Assembly (NCBI GenBank): GCA_002269645.1
Contig: NIVC01001033.1
Span: forward strand, 13,487-77,486
Length of the DNA: 64,000 bases
Direction of reading: 5' to 3'
DNA from: Macrostomum lignano
Taxonomy: Eukaryota
Shown: positions 1 to 11,569 of the stretch, piece by piece
Layout of the letters: the number at the start of each line of letters is the position of its first letter
Position numbering within the stretch: position 1 is the stretch's first letter
Notes under the pieces: model-generated
Database searches by the model: none
Told to the model about the DNA's origin: nothing
The model's input: the letters and a program-made list of their open reading frames with translations, nothing else
Made by a program: the position numbers and the translations under genes

Positions 1-135
1 TCTGAAGTGGCAACACTGGAAAGGAATCATAATGTGGGAGCTTCTGCCAAAGAACAAGAGCATCAATGCTGCTTTCTACTAGGAGCAGCTTGAGCACCTG
101 CAGCAAAAGCTGGCTGAGGTACACCCTGAACATTT
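1..135 (+). mobile_element. Degenerate mariner (Tc1/mariner) transposase fragment
   Basis: The frame from base 2 reads LKWQHWKGIIMWELLPKNKSINAAFY*EQLEHLQQKLAEVHPE. This matches the mariner catalytic-domain segment (W..KGII.ELLP...TIN...Y..QL) and carries an in-frame stop. Confidence 0.7.
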
Positions 136-144
136 TGAGAGACA

Positions 145-1790
145 TTTTGTGGTACAATTTGAAATGCACAGCTTCAGCTATCAAGTCAAGTGGCGCATTT
201 ATTAGCAATAAGAACGAGCACACATGTCGCCCAGTTGGGCAACCATTGATATGGCAACTGATTGTTCAGGAAGCCTGCGATCAAGCTTAGCAGGAACTTT
301 TTAGGCCTGCCACTTAAATTGCCAAACAATTTCTGCTATAGAATGAAGGCAGCTTAAGATGTCTGCCTCAGTTGCCAACAGTGGACCAGCTGGAAAAAGC
401 TACAAATCGAGCACGAGTAGCACAACACCCACAGGAACCAAGAGATCTGGAATTTCAACTTCAAGAAGATGCGCTGCCAGATGACCTCCTTCAAAGAGAT
501 GTCTACATTAAAGAGAATAGTAGGCGCCACTTCATATTTGCAAGCCAATGTCAACTGCAGCTGCTGGGACATTGCAAGGAGTGGTTAGGCGATGGAACCT
601 TTTTTTGTTGTGAAGGAGCCCTTTCTACAGCTCTACATCTTCCATGGCAATGTACGCAAGAATGAGTCAGTCAAACAGATACCACTGGTCTACATTTTGA
701 TGTCCGGAAAGAGCAAGCAAGACTATCGACATACACTGCAAGCTCTCAAGGATATGTTTCCCAAGTGCCAACTGTCAAGCATTGTGCTTGATTATAAAGC
801 TGGAATATGGAGAGCTGCTAAGTCTGTCTTTCTGGCAGGTATGAAACTGCTTGGGTGCAGTTTTCACTATTCCCAGGCAATTTGGTGACATATCCAGTCA
901 ATGGGCCTGCAGCTAGCCTATGCAAACAAGACTATATGAGCCTTTTGCCACAAATTGATGGCATTGTCGTTTTTGCCAGGCAATTGTATGCATGCTGCAT
1001 TCACTGAGCTGCAGCAGACAATCCAGAACCAACAATTGCGCAAGCTCTGCAAGTATGTTGCCAACACATAGCTCAATAGCACAGTCTGGCAGTTGGACAA
1101 GATCAGCATCTTCCACAGGAACATCAGAACAGCAATGGGCCTGAAGGCTACCATCATTGCCTTAACCAAAGGGCACGGGATGGCAACATGGGCTTCTGCA
1201 AGCTTGCCTTGCTCCTTTACGATGAAGCAAGGGTAGCCACTAGAGGGGCTGTAGCCCAGCAGTAGCGTAGCTGCTTTGGTGTGCCAGCAACCCAGGCTTG
1301 ATTCCAAGTACAGTCACATTAATTTGGTGCTAAATTGGAATCAGCTTGGCTCTGCTTGTGTAATTAATGGCCTTGAGAGCCAACCCCCCAAGGCGCAGTG
1401 AAGTGTACATGCCTAACAATAAAATAAAGTTAGGGCTGCTGTACACTCTTGTGTGAGTGTATGCCTGCGCACGTATCCGCCCACTTGTATGCCTGCTCAG
1501 GGGAGTCGGCGGAATGGGCAATAATGCCTTTTGCCAGTTGTGTGCCCATGTTGCTTAAAGTGCGCCAGGGTGCACACAACCCTCCTGCCTCTAATAAATA
1601 AGGGTAGCCACTCTCCACACTAAGCTGGTACCTTAGGAGCAGCTTAGCCGCTACTAGAGGCTTGCCCAGTGCACTAAGGAGGCCAAGTTGATGCATTATT
1701 GGTCTAAGTACTAAGTAGGTACCAAAACAACAGCTCAATTACTAAGTGCTGCGGCCAAGTATAAAGTTACCAAGTGACTAATTGCTTTTG
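145..1790 (+). pseudogene. MULE (Mutator-like) transposase pseudogene, interrupted by a SINE at 1242-1599
   Basis: Joined frames give WYNLKCTAS..NEHTC (FLYWCH-like), LQLLGHCKEWLGDGTF/FVVKEPFLQLY (MULE DGTF motif), PLVYILMSGKSKQDY, IVLDY.AGIWRAA, GCSFHYSQAIW and RT.N..EGYH. There is a frameshift near 600 and several stops. Coding similarity resumes after the SINE TSD. Confidence 0.85.
1242..1599 (+). mobile_element. tRNA-derived SINE, family 1, copy A (CpG-decayed)
   Basis: The head GGGGCTGTAGCCCAG...GGCTTGATTCC carries box A/B-like motifs and the tail is CTAATAAATA. A 13-bp TSD AAGGGTAGCCACT lies at 1229-1241 and 1600-1612. Homologous to 28727-29096 and 46193-46558. Confidence 0.9.
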
Positions 1791-3072
1791 TGAGCATCGT
1801 GTAACTATGAACAAAGCATGAATATTTACATTTTTACAGTGCTATAGTATATTATCATCACCGCTACACATAGAGAGAGTTGGCTCCTCTTCCGCATCTA
1901 GGTCAACATTCCATAGTCCATTGAACCGATCATAGTGACTTGAACTGTTACTGGCTTTGTCTCTACTTGTCTCTATTAGGTACAGCATTATCTGATTAAA
2001 AAAAACTATTTTGGCCATCGAGCTTGAATTTCAATCAAGTCTAATAATTGCTCCCTTAGTTATTGTTATCAAAATATTTGACACTTCATTATATGTGTAA
2101 ATTGTTGTTGATTGTGGGCTTCTCTGCTTAGTCAATGCCCCTTAAGCTCTATTGTTCTGTTTGTAGTTAAAAATTTTGTATTGACAGAGTTATACTGTAT
2201 AATTGTTTGTATTTGAATGAGCTATAACTTTTAAGTATATGTACTTGTTTTTGCTTCAATATATTATACTTTGTTTTTTAAAAACAATTATTATACATAC
2301 TTTACAAGCGATACTTGCATTTTAGTGTAGCTATATTGTTAAATAGCTATTTGCAGAACATATCTTAATATATGTTCTGCAAATTGCTTTTGTTTTTAAA
2401 TCAATTTAGACAAGCTCCATATATCACAAAAATCCACAAGTTACTCAAGTTACAAGTTACTAACTTCTAAAAAAAATTATGCATTAATAAAAAAATCCAT
2501 CATTATTTTATAAAAACTTGGCAATACATATGGTCATCTTTTGGCATTACCAAAATGTCCTGGAAAATGTTACCAAACTGTCTTAAAAATGTTACCGAAC
2601 TGTCTTTGCTATTACCAAACCGTCTGTTACTAAATTGTCTGTTACTAAACTATCCTATATTCAGTAGTATCAGTACATATACAAAACTAAACACAAACAA
2701 ATGCACACTCCTAGCTAGGGCCTATGGGGATAAGCTGAAAATTAATGACATGGATCTGTATGGATAAAATTGGAATTATTGACACGAATAAATAGACTTG
2801 AATGGTGGCAGCTAGTTCAATAAGCTGCCGTGGGGATAAGCTGGAAAGTAGGCCCTATTGACAATTGACATAGATCCATGTAGATAAAATTGGAATTATT
2901 GGCATGGGACCATGGGGATAAGCACTTCCATGTAAAAAAAGTAATTAAGAGCAATGGATTCGATCTACTACTAGGCCTAGCTAGGATGATTTTTTGTAGG
3001 CCTATCAAAGATGTGCAGGCACAGCCTACCCTTACAGGCTAGGCCTAGCCTAAGCCCTTAGCCCTAAGGGCT

Positions 3073-3160
3073 GGTTGACAGTCGTTTCGTCTGCCACCAG
3101 TTCGTCTGCCACCCTTTCGTCTGCAAGAATACGATACAGTCGTTTCGTCTGCCAACGAAT
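3073..3160. repeat. Cluster of GTCGTTTCGTCTGCC-type motifs, a probable DNA-transposon subterminal repeat
   Basis: Four TTCGTCTGC(C) motifs lie within 90 bp, with another copy at ~3866. No inverted partner was seen. Confidence 0.45.
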
Positions 3161-6100
3161 AGTAAAGTTTTAATAAGTGTAAGTATGTCAGTTATTGTCA
3201 TTAATTTGAGATTTGAGATATTTGAGATAACAGTGATTAAGATATCGGGAACATTTCTTAGTAGTAATGACTTAAACGAGTAATTTCTGAAAATTTTTGT
3301 TTATATTTAATAAACTACGCAATTGAACGAATTCAATGCATTTTTGTCATGATATGGCATGACGCCATACTATCTCTTAACCGTCTCAAAGCTTCAAAGC
3401 TCAAAAGCAATTAGTCGAGTTAGAATTATTTTACTTATCAGAATTTGTTTACTTTGTATTGGACAATACCGAAGATTCAGTGTATTTAAATGCACAAAGT
3501 GTATAGCGGCAGTAAGAATGTATACATGTTACTGTATAAAAGAATAATATGAATATTATGAACAACATGATAGCAAACGACGCAGTTGTCCATAAAAATT
3601 TGATTGAAATACGAAGTAAATGGTTGAATTATTTGACTTCCGGTTAGACGCGCACAAATTATAAATCCCATTCGCAGCTCACTACGTAGATTCAATTAAA
3701 GCTTATACGGATAATTGTATTTCTTGGAAACATTGCAATAAGCAAAATAAAAAATACAAATCTAATTCTAAATCTGAAAATAACTTGTAAATTCTAACTA
3801 TTAAAATATAAACTAGAAATTATTTCAGCTATTTATAAAACTTATTTTGCTGCTTATTTTAAAAAGTCGTTTCGTCTGCCGGCAGACAGTTTCATTTGTA
3901 TCGTATTCTATACATTTTCCAAGTCCAATAAATAAATAAACACCAAAATTGAAATACTACTACGCATGTGACAGCTACGAACTAAGTACTGTACTGTGAA
4001 GTTCACAGAAGACTCATCACTCATGCCTGCAGTGCATTGCAGGCTGTTACAACTTACAACAATGGACTTACTGAATTATACCAACTCCTTTTCTCTACTT
4101 TTTGGATAGGCTATCTGAGAGTTGACGAGTTGATTGGCGGCAGCTACGGCAGTAGAGCGTGCGCAGTTTAAAAATATTTACTGATTATAATTAGTGAAAC
4201 AAAAAATCACTAAAACTGTAAAACCTTAGGCAGAAATCAAATTGAATTTATTTTAAATATAGATTTTATCTACGTATTAGTATACCTAAGTGTATAGGCA
4301 ATATTATTTTTAAAAGAAAACGTTTCTTGAACAAGTTTGATTTTTGCGATTCACCGAAACGTTCTAAGTTTAAATATCGATCTTCTAAATGTCTTCTTTA
4401 GACGTTCTACGTCTACGTTTCTACATGCGTAAAATAGGGTATGCCACAAATGAAAAAAGAGCTCTCCGGAGTAGCAAAAATTTACGATGTCATGTACAGT
4501 TAAATTTATTTACCTGAAATATATAACATGTTTATATACAGGTATAGCAGTAAAGTACTGAGTCTGCTTCTGATTCCCACCATCACGATTCACATCCTTG
4601 GTACGGGTTCTTGGCGCATTTCTGCAGAAAAGTCTCTATTTCTATAGAACAAAAAAAAATTCTATTTAATGAGCATTAGACCATAAGTCGTTAGATGTCA
4701 AAAGTTGCTGATTTTTTGTCCTTTTTAGGCCTCCAAACAGTATATTTACACGTATACAATTATCGCCAAATATTATAAGCAATCCTTTTACTAAATATTA
4801 TTTCGTAAAAACTGCAAAAAAAATCCTATATGCTCTTTCAAATATTATATTTTATACAATTTTGTTATTACCTGATTAATATCTATATAACTTATTTTTA
4901 TAACCTATAGGCTAAACTGTTTTGCGCAATATTGCTAAGGCCTAACTACATACATAAATTTCACGCAATAATTTTTAACTCCCTGCTTTTTCTTTCACCT
5001 CATTAGTCGTCCAAAGTTTCGTCAACAAAATTTACGCGTTATTTCAAATACCATATTGCAAAACTGGTACTTTGTAATTGTAATCGTAGTAAATAACTAA
5101 TGCTAAAATATTGCCTTCAGAGTTCCGAAAATAATCTTAAAATACACAGAAATATATTGGCCAAACAGGCTTCTTGCCTGAGCCAACTTACTACTAGTAC
5201 TACTAGGCCTACTTTCTAAAAAGGAAGTTAGTAGGTCTAAAGTTCTACTGCTGGGCCTCTAACTAAGCTTATTTGTTATTTAATGTTTAAAAGTGTATTA
5301 AGCCTACATTGTTGCATTAGTTTGAGCTTCTAAGCAAAATGTAATTTTTTGGCAACTAAGAATTTTATTTTATTTTAGTCCCTAAGGACCTTATCTCAAA
5401 TACCAATTAGTATGATTAAGTTTAGGAAAAAAATAGTCAGTTGTTATTGTTAGTGTTAGTGACAATAGACAAATACTAAATTTCTTTAAGTTTAGCCCCC
5501 CCCCTATGTTGATAAATTACTTGCAGTTTTGTTAGGAGCATAATTTTGTCTCTATAAAGTTTTTTAATGGTGCTGATTTTATCAACATAAACTTGAAGAA
5601 GTCCCAAATATTATATAAAGTAATGTGTATGGACTTGATACAATGTAAATTTCTAGTGGTTCTGTTCTTCTCAATTGTCATTGTTGTACCTTAGTGCCAT
5701 AGTGGCTAGACCCTAGCTTCAACTTTACTTAATGATAATGTTGAATGAAATTTCTTCTTATAACTAAAGTAACTAAAGTTTCTTTTTATCTAAAGTAATT
5801 ACTTAGATAAGCCCAAATAATAGGCCCTATAAGCATTTTTGCTTAATGTTTTTTTCAATAGTTTTTATTGTTGCTATTATGTCAATAACAAATGCAAGTC
5901 TTTTATTTTAATCTATTGAACAAATATAATTTTCTAAATAAAAAAGTAAAGACTGGATGTTTTGTCATAATAAATTGGACTATTACTATTAGTAAAGGCT
6001 ACATTGGGTACTAGATAAGTACTTTATTTGGCAAATTGCAAGTTGAGCTAGGCTTATTTATTTTAATTTTTTGCATTTTTTGTAACAAAAACTCAACTTT

Positions 6101-6164
6101 AAGATAAAATGTATTGTCCTAGTTATAATAAGATGTTTTATCATGTTAAATAAGTAAATGAGAA

Positions 6165-6461
6165 CATACATGCGCAACGTCCAAAATTCGGTCGGCCGTG
6201 CGACTTAGTTTTAACAAAAATGCGATGTAGTTTTTGGCCAAAAATGCGACTTACATGTAAAAAAACCCTAAAGCAAAATTAACGCAACTTTGGATAAACG
6301 GCGGGAGTAACTATGACTGTCTTATCAGGCAAAAATGCCTCGTCAGCTACTTAGTACTACTGCGTGGGTATTTTTTGGGTGGGCATTTTTGCGACTTCCT
6401 TGGTTGGCTGCCAAATCAGTCGGCCGGATCGGCCGACTCGGCCGACTGTTGCGCATGTATG
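6165..6461. mobile_element. MITE (hAT/P-like) with 14-bp TIRs and 8-bp TSD, carrying a 28S rRNA-like segment
   Basis: Perfect inverted repeat CATACATGCGCAAC (6165-6178) / GTTGCGCATGTATG (6448-6461), with direct repeat AATGAGAA immediately outside (6157-6164, 6462-6469). It is CpG-rich within AT-rich flanks. Confidence 0.9.
6295..6355 (+). other. 28S rRNA-derived fragment (helix 69-71 / R2 target region); not an rRNA gene
   Basis: TAAACGGCGGGAGTAACTATGACTgTCTTA-tcaggcaa-AAATGCCTCGTCA aligns without gaps to the conserved 28S sequence TAAACGGCGGGAGTAACTATGACTCTCTTA-AGGTAGCC-AAATGCCTCGTCA. Confidence 0.85.
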
Positions 6462-7422
6462 AATGAGAATACAATGAATTTTACAGGTATCTATATTAGA
6501 TATATATAAAATAACAAAATAATTTCTCCTATCACATAGTGGCCAAAAAGGGAGAGAAGTCAAGGAGCATATCTCTAGGCCATAGCTTTTAAAGTCACCT
6601 CTAGCTAAGGTGCTAGAATCAGTCAAAGCCTATCAGTATATCTCTTCATTCACCTTTGGTCTTGGCTATGCAGTCTTTGTAGCTTAAACAATAATATTTT
6701 ATTTAATGGCTCAAGGTAGCAGGCCTCAAAATGGATAGCATGGCCAGCCAGCCAATAAAATTTGCAACTTATGCAACATGTTAGAAGGCTGTATCAGGCA
6801 TGCCCCTGTATAGAATATGACATTGGTCTCCCTGCCTGGACTGCTATGCTCTCTAAATGCTATATCTAACATCTAGCTGCATCTTTAAAATATCTATCAG
6901 GGTCTACTAAGTCTCAGCATTAAAGAATAAGATAGTCTCAATAACTGCCCAGAATAGCCACATTCTAAGCCTATTATCTAGGACCTTAGAATAGGCCCCT
7001 AAAGCACAGAGCATATAAAACACTATTGTTTAACACTATTAAATAAGTTTAACTTAGTTTTAGTTTTCAAATGACTAGGGCCCTAATACTGATAGCCATA
7101 GTCAGCTACACTACTTACTATTACTACTACTACTAATACTACTACTACTACCACTAGTTTATATATTACTACACAGCTGCCAGTTGATCATGGCATACTC
7201 AGACTTACTTGGCCTTATTCAACTTAACTTGCCAATGTTTAGTATTGTCCTCTCTGACCTCCCTTGCATTTAGGCTTTATATATATATATGAAATATAGA
7301 GTTATATTGCATTGCTACTATTTAGAAAGATACCTTGCTTTTGCCAGTAATATTAGTAAGCCCTTTAATTATCCTAGCTAATACTGATACCCATTTATAG
7401 CTAGGTAAAGTAAAGCAATATA

Positions 7423-7528
7423 GAGTTAAGTGTCTTGCTTAAATAACACAATCCTATTGGGATTGGAAATTGAACCCCTGACCTTCAAGTTGCAAGTCTA
7501 ATATTCCAACCACTAGGCTAAAACCCCC
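7423..7528 (-). mobile_element. Degenerate tRNA-derived SINE, family 2 (5' part)
   Basis: The minus strand reads GGGGTTTTAGCCTAGTGGTTGGAATATTAGACTTGCAACTTGAAGGTCAGGGGTTCAATTTCC...GCAAGACACTTAAC, a tRNA-like head plus an AAGACACTTA motif. It is related to 17440-17630. Confidence 0.65.
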
Positions 7529-7738
7529 TTCACTAGGTTATTACCCTCTTGGTGTGGCCTTTGTGGTCAAACAAGAATTATATACCTGCATATTTACATA
7601 TAGAAATGATCTTATATAATTGAATCACATTAATAGGAAGAAGGGGCACTTTTTTACATTGCATTGCATTGTTTTTACTATATCAGTTGCTTCTTTTTTA
7701 CTCTTGCTACAATATAAAATATTTCAGAATTGACAAAC

Positions 7739-10305
7739 ATGGACAAGTTAAAGAAAGTTCTATCTGGCAATGATGATGATAACACTGATAGAGAAGGAAT
7801 TATGGCAGAGGTAAGTATTCGATTTTAGGAATACATCTTTTTGGTATTTGTGGGCTTAGTGCCATAGACATATATTATTTATTTTTCTTTTCTTTTAATA
7901 TATTTATTGGCTTGATTAAAATCCCTAGGACAATGATGATGATGTGCCACTACTCTGGAGGGTGGGTAGAGGCATTTGCTATAACACGTTAATAAAAAAA
8001 TTCTGTTGTTAATTGTTATAACTAAATAACAGTTTCCCAATCAATGTAGATCTCTAGTTCTGGTTTCGTTCGCTCCCAAGAGAAAAATTTTGTGTTGTTT
8101 TATGTACTAAGTATTATGCACTTTTTTAATTAAAGTTTGTACTGTTAATTGTTATTTATTTTTAGTTTTCTTATTTTTTCAAATATTGTTACATTTACTT
8201 GCTAATTGTTTAACATTCATTCTAGAAGCTATATTTTTATACTGTCTTAATTCTCAAAAAATCTATTTGAATTTCACAATTTCAAACAGTTCAGCGACAG
8301 AACAACATTCAGTTGGAGCTCGCGGATTAAAGGATTCATAGCCTGCTTCGTTATTGGCTGGATTTTTTCCCTGCTAGTAAGTTGCAATTGTATCTGTGCC
8401 TTGCTGCTTTTCTAAGTAAATACCTGTTGGATAGAATTACCATCAACTAGCATGCACTCACCTTAGTACTGAATGGAAAGTTGAGACTTTTTTAGCAAAC
8501 AAATGTGTTTCAAGTTGCTTTCATTGACACAATAGCCACAATAGCATCCTGACCTTGATTTTGACATCCTGACCTTGATTTTAGCATCCTGACCTTGATT
8601 TAGGCATCCTGACCTTGATTTTAGTATCCTGATCTTGATTTAGGCATCCTGACCTTGATTTTAGCATCCTGACCTTGATTTTGGCATCCTGACTGATTTT
8701 GCCATCCTGACCTTGATTTTGACATCCTGACCTTGATTTAGGCATCCTGACTTTGATTTAGGCATCCTGACCTTGATTTAGGCATCCTGACTTTGATTTA
8801 GGCATCCTGACCTTGATTTTAGCATCCTGACCTTGATTTTGCCATCCTGACTTTGATTTAGGCATCCTGACCTTGATTTAGGCATCCTGACCTTGATTTT
8901 AGCATCCTGACCTTGATTTTGGCATCCTGACTGATTTTGCCATCCTGACCTTGATTTTGACATCCTGACCTTGATTTAGGCATCCTGACTTTGATTTAGG
9001 CATCCTGACCTTGATTTAGGCATCCTGACTTTGATTTAGGCATCCTGACCTTGATTTTAGCATCCTGACCTTGATTTTGCCATCCTGACTTTGATTTAGG
9101 CATCCTGACCTTGATTTAGGCATCCTGACCTTGATTTGGGCATCCTGACCTTGATTTTGACATCCTGATCTTGATTTAGGCATCCTGACCTTGATTTAGG
9201 CATCCTGACCTTGATTTAGGCATCCTGACCTTGATTTTGACATCCTGATCTTGATTTAGGCATCCTGACCTTGATTTTAGCATCCTGACCTTGATTTTGG
9301 CATCCTGACTGATTTTGCCATCCTGACCTTGATTTTGACATCCTGACCTTGATTTTGGCATCCTGACCTTGATTTTGGCATCCTGGCATTGGTTTTGCCA
9401 TCCTGACCTTGATTTTGGCATCCTGACCTTGATTTTGACATCCTGACCTTGATTTTGGCATCCTGGCATTGGTTTTGCCATCCTGACTTTGATTTTGCCA
9501 TCCTGAACTTGATTTTGGCATCCTGGCATTGGTTTTGCCATCCTGACTTTGATTTTGGCATCCTGACCTTGATTTTGACATCCTGACCTTGATTTTGGCA
9601 TCCTGGCATTGGTTTTGCCATCCTGACTTTGATTTTGGCATCCTGAACTTGATTTTGACATCCTGACCTTGATTTTGGCTTTGATTTTGATATTCTGACT
9701 TTGATTTTGATACTGTGACTTTGATTTTGGCATTCTGACTTTGATTTTGATACTCTGACTTTGATTTTGATACTATGACTTTGATTTTGATACTCTGACT
9801 TTAAGTTTGGCATTCTGACTTTGATTTTGACATCCTGAAACTTTTATCTTGGCATTTTTTGATCGCACCGTGAGTCCTGACAATAACTACAATGTCCAAG
9901 TTATTATATAATATCTGCAGTGTACCTGTACACCAAAATGACACCTGTCGCAACCCACACCGTCGCTACTTGCAGGGCAGCGCACTGATCGCATTACCTC
10001 ACGGATTGGTCATATTTGCCACATTTTACACTATTGGCAACGTCCTGTCACTGGCGTCCACCTGTTTCCTCATGGGTCCAATTAATCAGTTAAAGAAGAT
10101 GTTCGCCCCAACTCGACTAATTGCCACCCTACTGATGCTGCTGTTTATGGCCCTGACATTGATGGCCGCTATCTGGTGGAAGAAAAGCGTGTTAGCCGTA
10201 ATCTTCTGCCTGCTGCAGTTCCTAGCACTGGTCTGGTATTCTATTAGCTACATACCGTACGCTAGAACCGCTATTAAGAATGCATTCTCAGCCTGTATGG
10301 GTTGA
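7739..10305 (+). CDS. SFT2D: Vesicle transport protein SFT2 (SFT2D1/2-like), 162 aa; exons 7739-7810, 8290-8376, 9976-10305
   Basis: The spliced product reads MDKLKKVLSGNDDD...FSWSSRIKGFIACFVIG...GSALIALPHGLVIFATFYTIGNVLSLASTCFLMGPINQLKKMF...WYSISYIPYAR, the Got1/Sft2 family signature. All introns are GT-AG, phase 0. Confidence 0.95.
8544..9850. repeat. 20-bp minisatellite (GCATCCTGACCTTGATTTT[A/G]) in SFT2 intron 2
   Basis: Tandem units are directly visible and degenerate toward the 3' end. It explains the spurious ORFs at 8778-9813. Confidence 0.95.
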
Positions 10306-10875
10306 TTTCTAACTTCCTTTGCTATCTATCTCATTGCATGTACTCTGCTCTACTCATAGTAGTCTGCAGTGCAACAACGAATTCGAAATTTGGATCTGAA
10401 ATCTATAAAAATGAATATTGATAAATTTGCTTTTTTAAATGTCCTTCCTTCCTACTATTCGACGTGAACGCTTATAAGTAGTATCTCGAGAGCAATGCAT
10501 ATTAATTTACTAAATTATAAATTTTCTGAACTTTTTATACGAGCATACAATAAACAATACCCGTTGATGCTTATAGATTTGTTGTCTGTCACAATGTGTC
10601 AATCTCTAATTAAGAGTTGAGCCAATGGTTTTTTAAACTTTAAGACCTCTATTCTGTTTTACTGTTTTTTGGCATCTCGCTTTATTTCAGCTTGCTGTGT
10701 AATCTCTTCTGCGCATTGTTTTTTCGTGTTGGAAAACAGAAACTGTATTATTTTTGCTTTGTATAGCTTTGCAGCTTTACTATGAAACAGCTGTTTTTCT
10801 GCCTGAATGCGCTCTGACTAACCTTTGCCTAATTTAAGTCTATTAATTAAAATATTTTTTAGAGTTTACACTGCC

Positions 10876-11125
10876 AGATCCTCAGGTGCTGGGCCAGCCT
10901 CCCAGATCCCCAGTTGCTGGGCCACCAGCCTCCCAGATCCCCAGTTGCTGGGCCACCAGCCTCCCAGATCCTCAGTTGCTGGGCCAGCCTCCCAGATCCT
11001 CAGTTGCTGGGCCAGCCTCCCAGATCCTCAGTTGCTGGGCCAGCCTCCCAGATCCTCAGTTGCTGGGCCAGCCTCCCAGATCCTCAGTTGCTGGGTCACT
11101 AGCGTCCCAGATTCTCAGTTGCTGG
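10876..11125. repeat. 28-32-bp minisatellite (CCTCCCAGATCCTCAGTTGCTGGGCCAG)
   Basis: About 8 tandem units. Confidence 0.9.
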
Positions 11126-11569
11126 TCCTGCCTCACTTTAGCTTCTCAAATGGCATTCTCAAATGACTATGCGAGACAAATAAATGTATACAAAATCTGT
11201 GTCAATATCCTCACAGCGAACCTGTTTTACTCGCAAATAAGTTATTCTGTTCTGTCTGAAAGCCTGTTGTGCCTACATTTAACCCTCGTGTACTTGTGAC
11301 AAAAAAATAGCATTGCACCCATCGCTGTTCTGTGTCATTCAAGCCATCAGCTTATAATTGGTTTTTAATGCACATATTGATTGTTGATCGCAATCCAAGT
11401 TACTCTTATTTTTGCTTTGCGAAAGCATAAACAAATATATTGCTGAGCAAAAGCTTTCACTTGTGATTCTTGTTGGTCACCTAAACATAGATTCTTTTGC
11501 TTGGACTTTGATTTTACGGTTAATTTTGTAACTCAGTAATTCTGCAAATTCTCAGTGGCATTTTTGTCA

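Noticed and set aside
1245-1320. tRNA-like heads at 1245, 7528, 17630, 29096 and 46558 as tRNA genes
   Set aside because: No complete cloverleaf was evident; they continue into shared SINE bodies, and family 1 has tails and TSDs.
6295-6355. 28S match as an rRNA gene
   Set aside because: It is only ~60 bp, lies inside a TIR/TSD-bounded element, and has no flanking rDNA.
8778-9813. ORFs rich in KIKVRMPKSRSGCQNQ
   Set aside because: Translations of the 20-bp intronic minisatellite, antisense to SFT2 intron 2.
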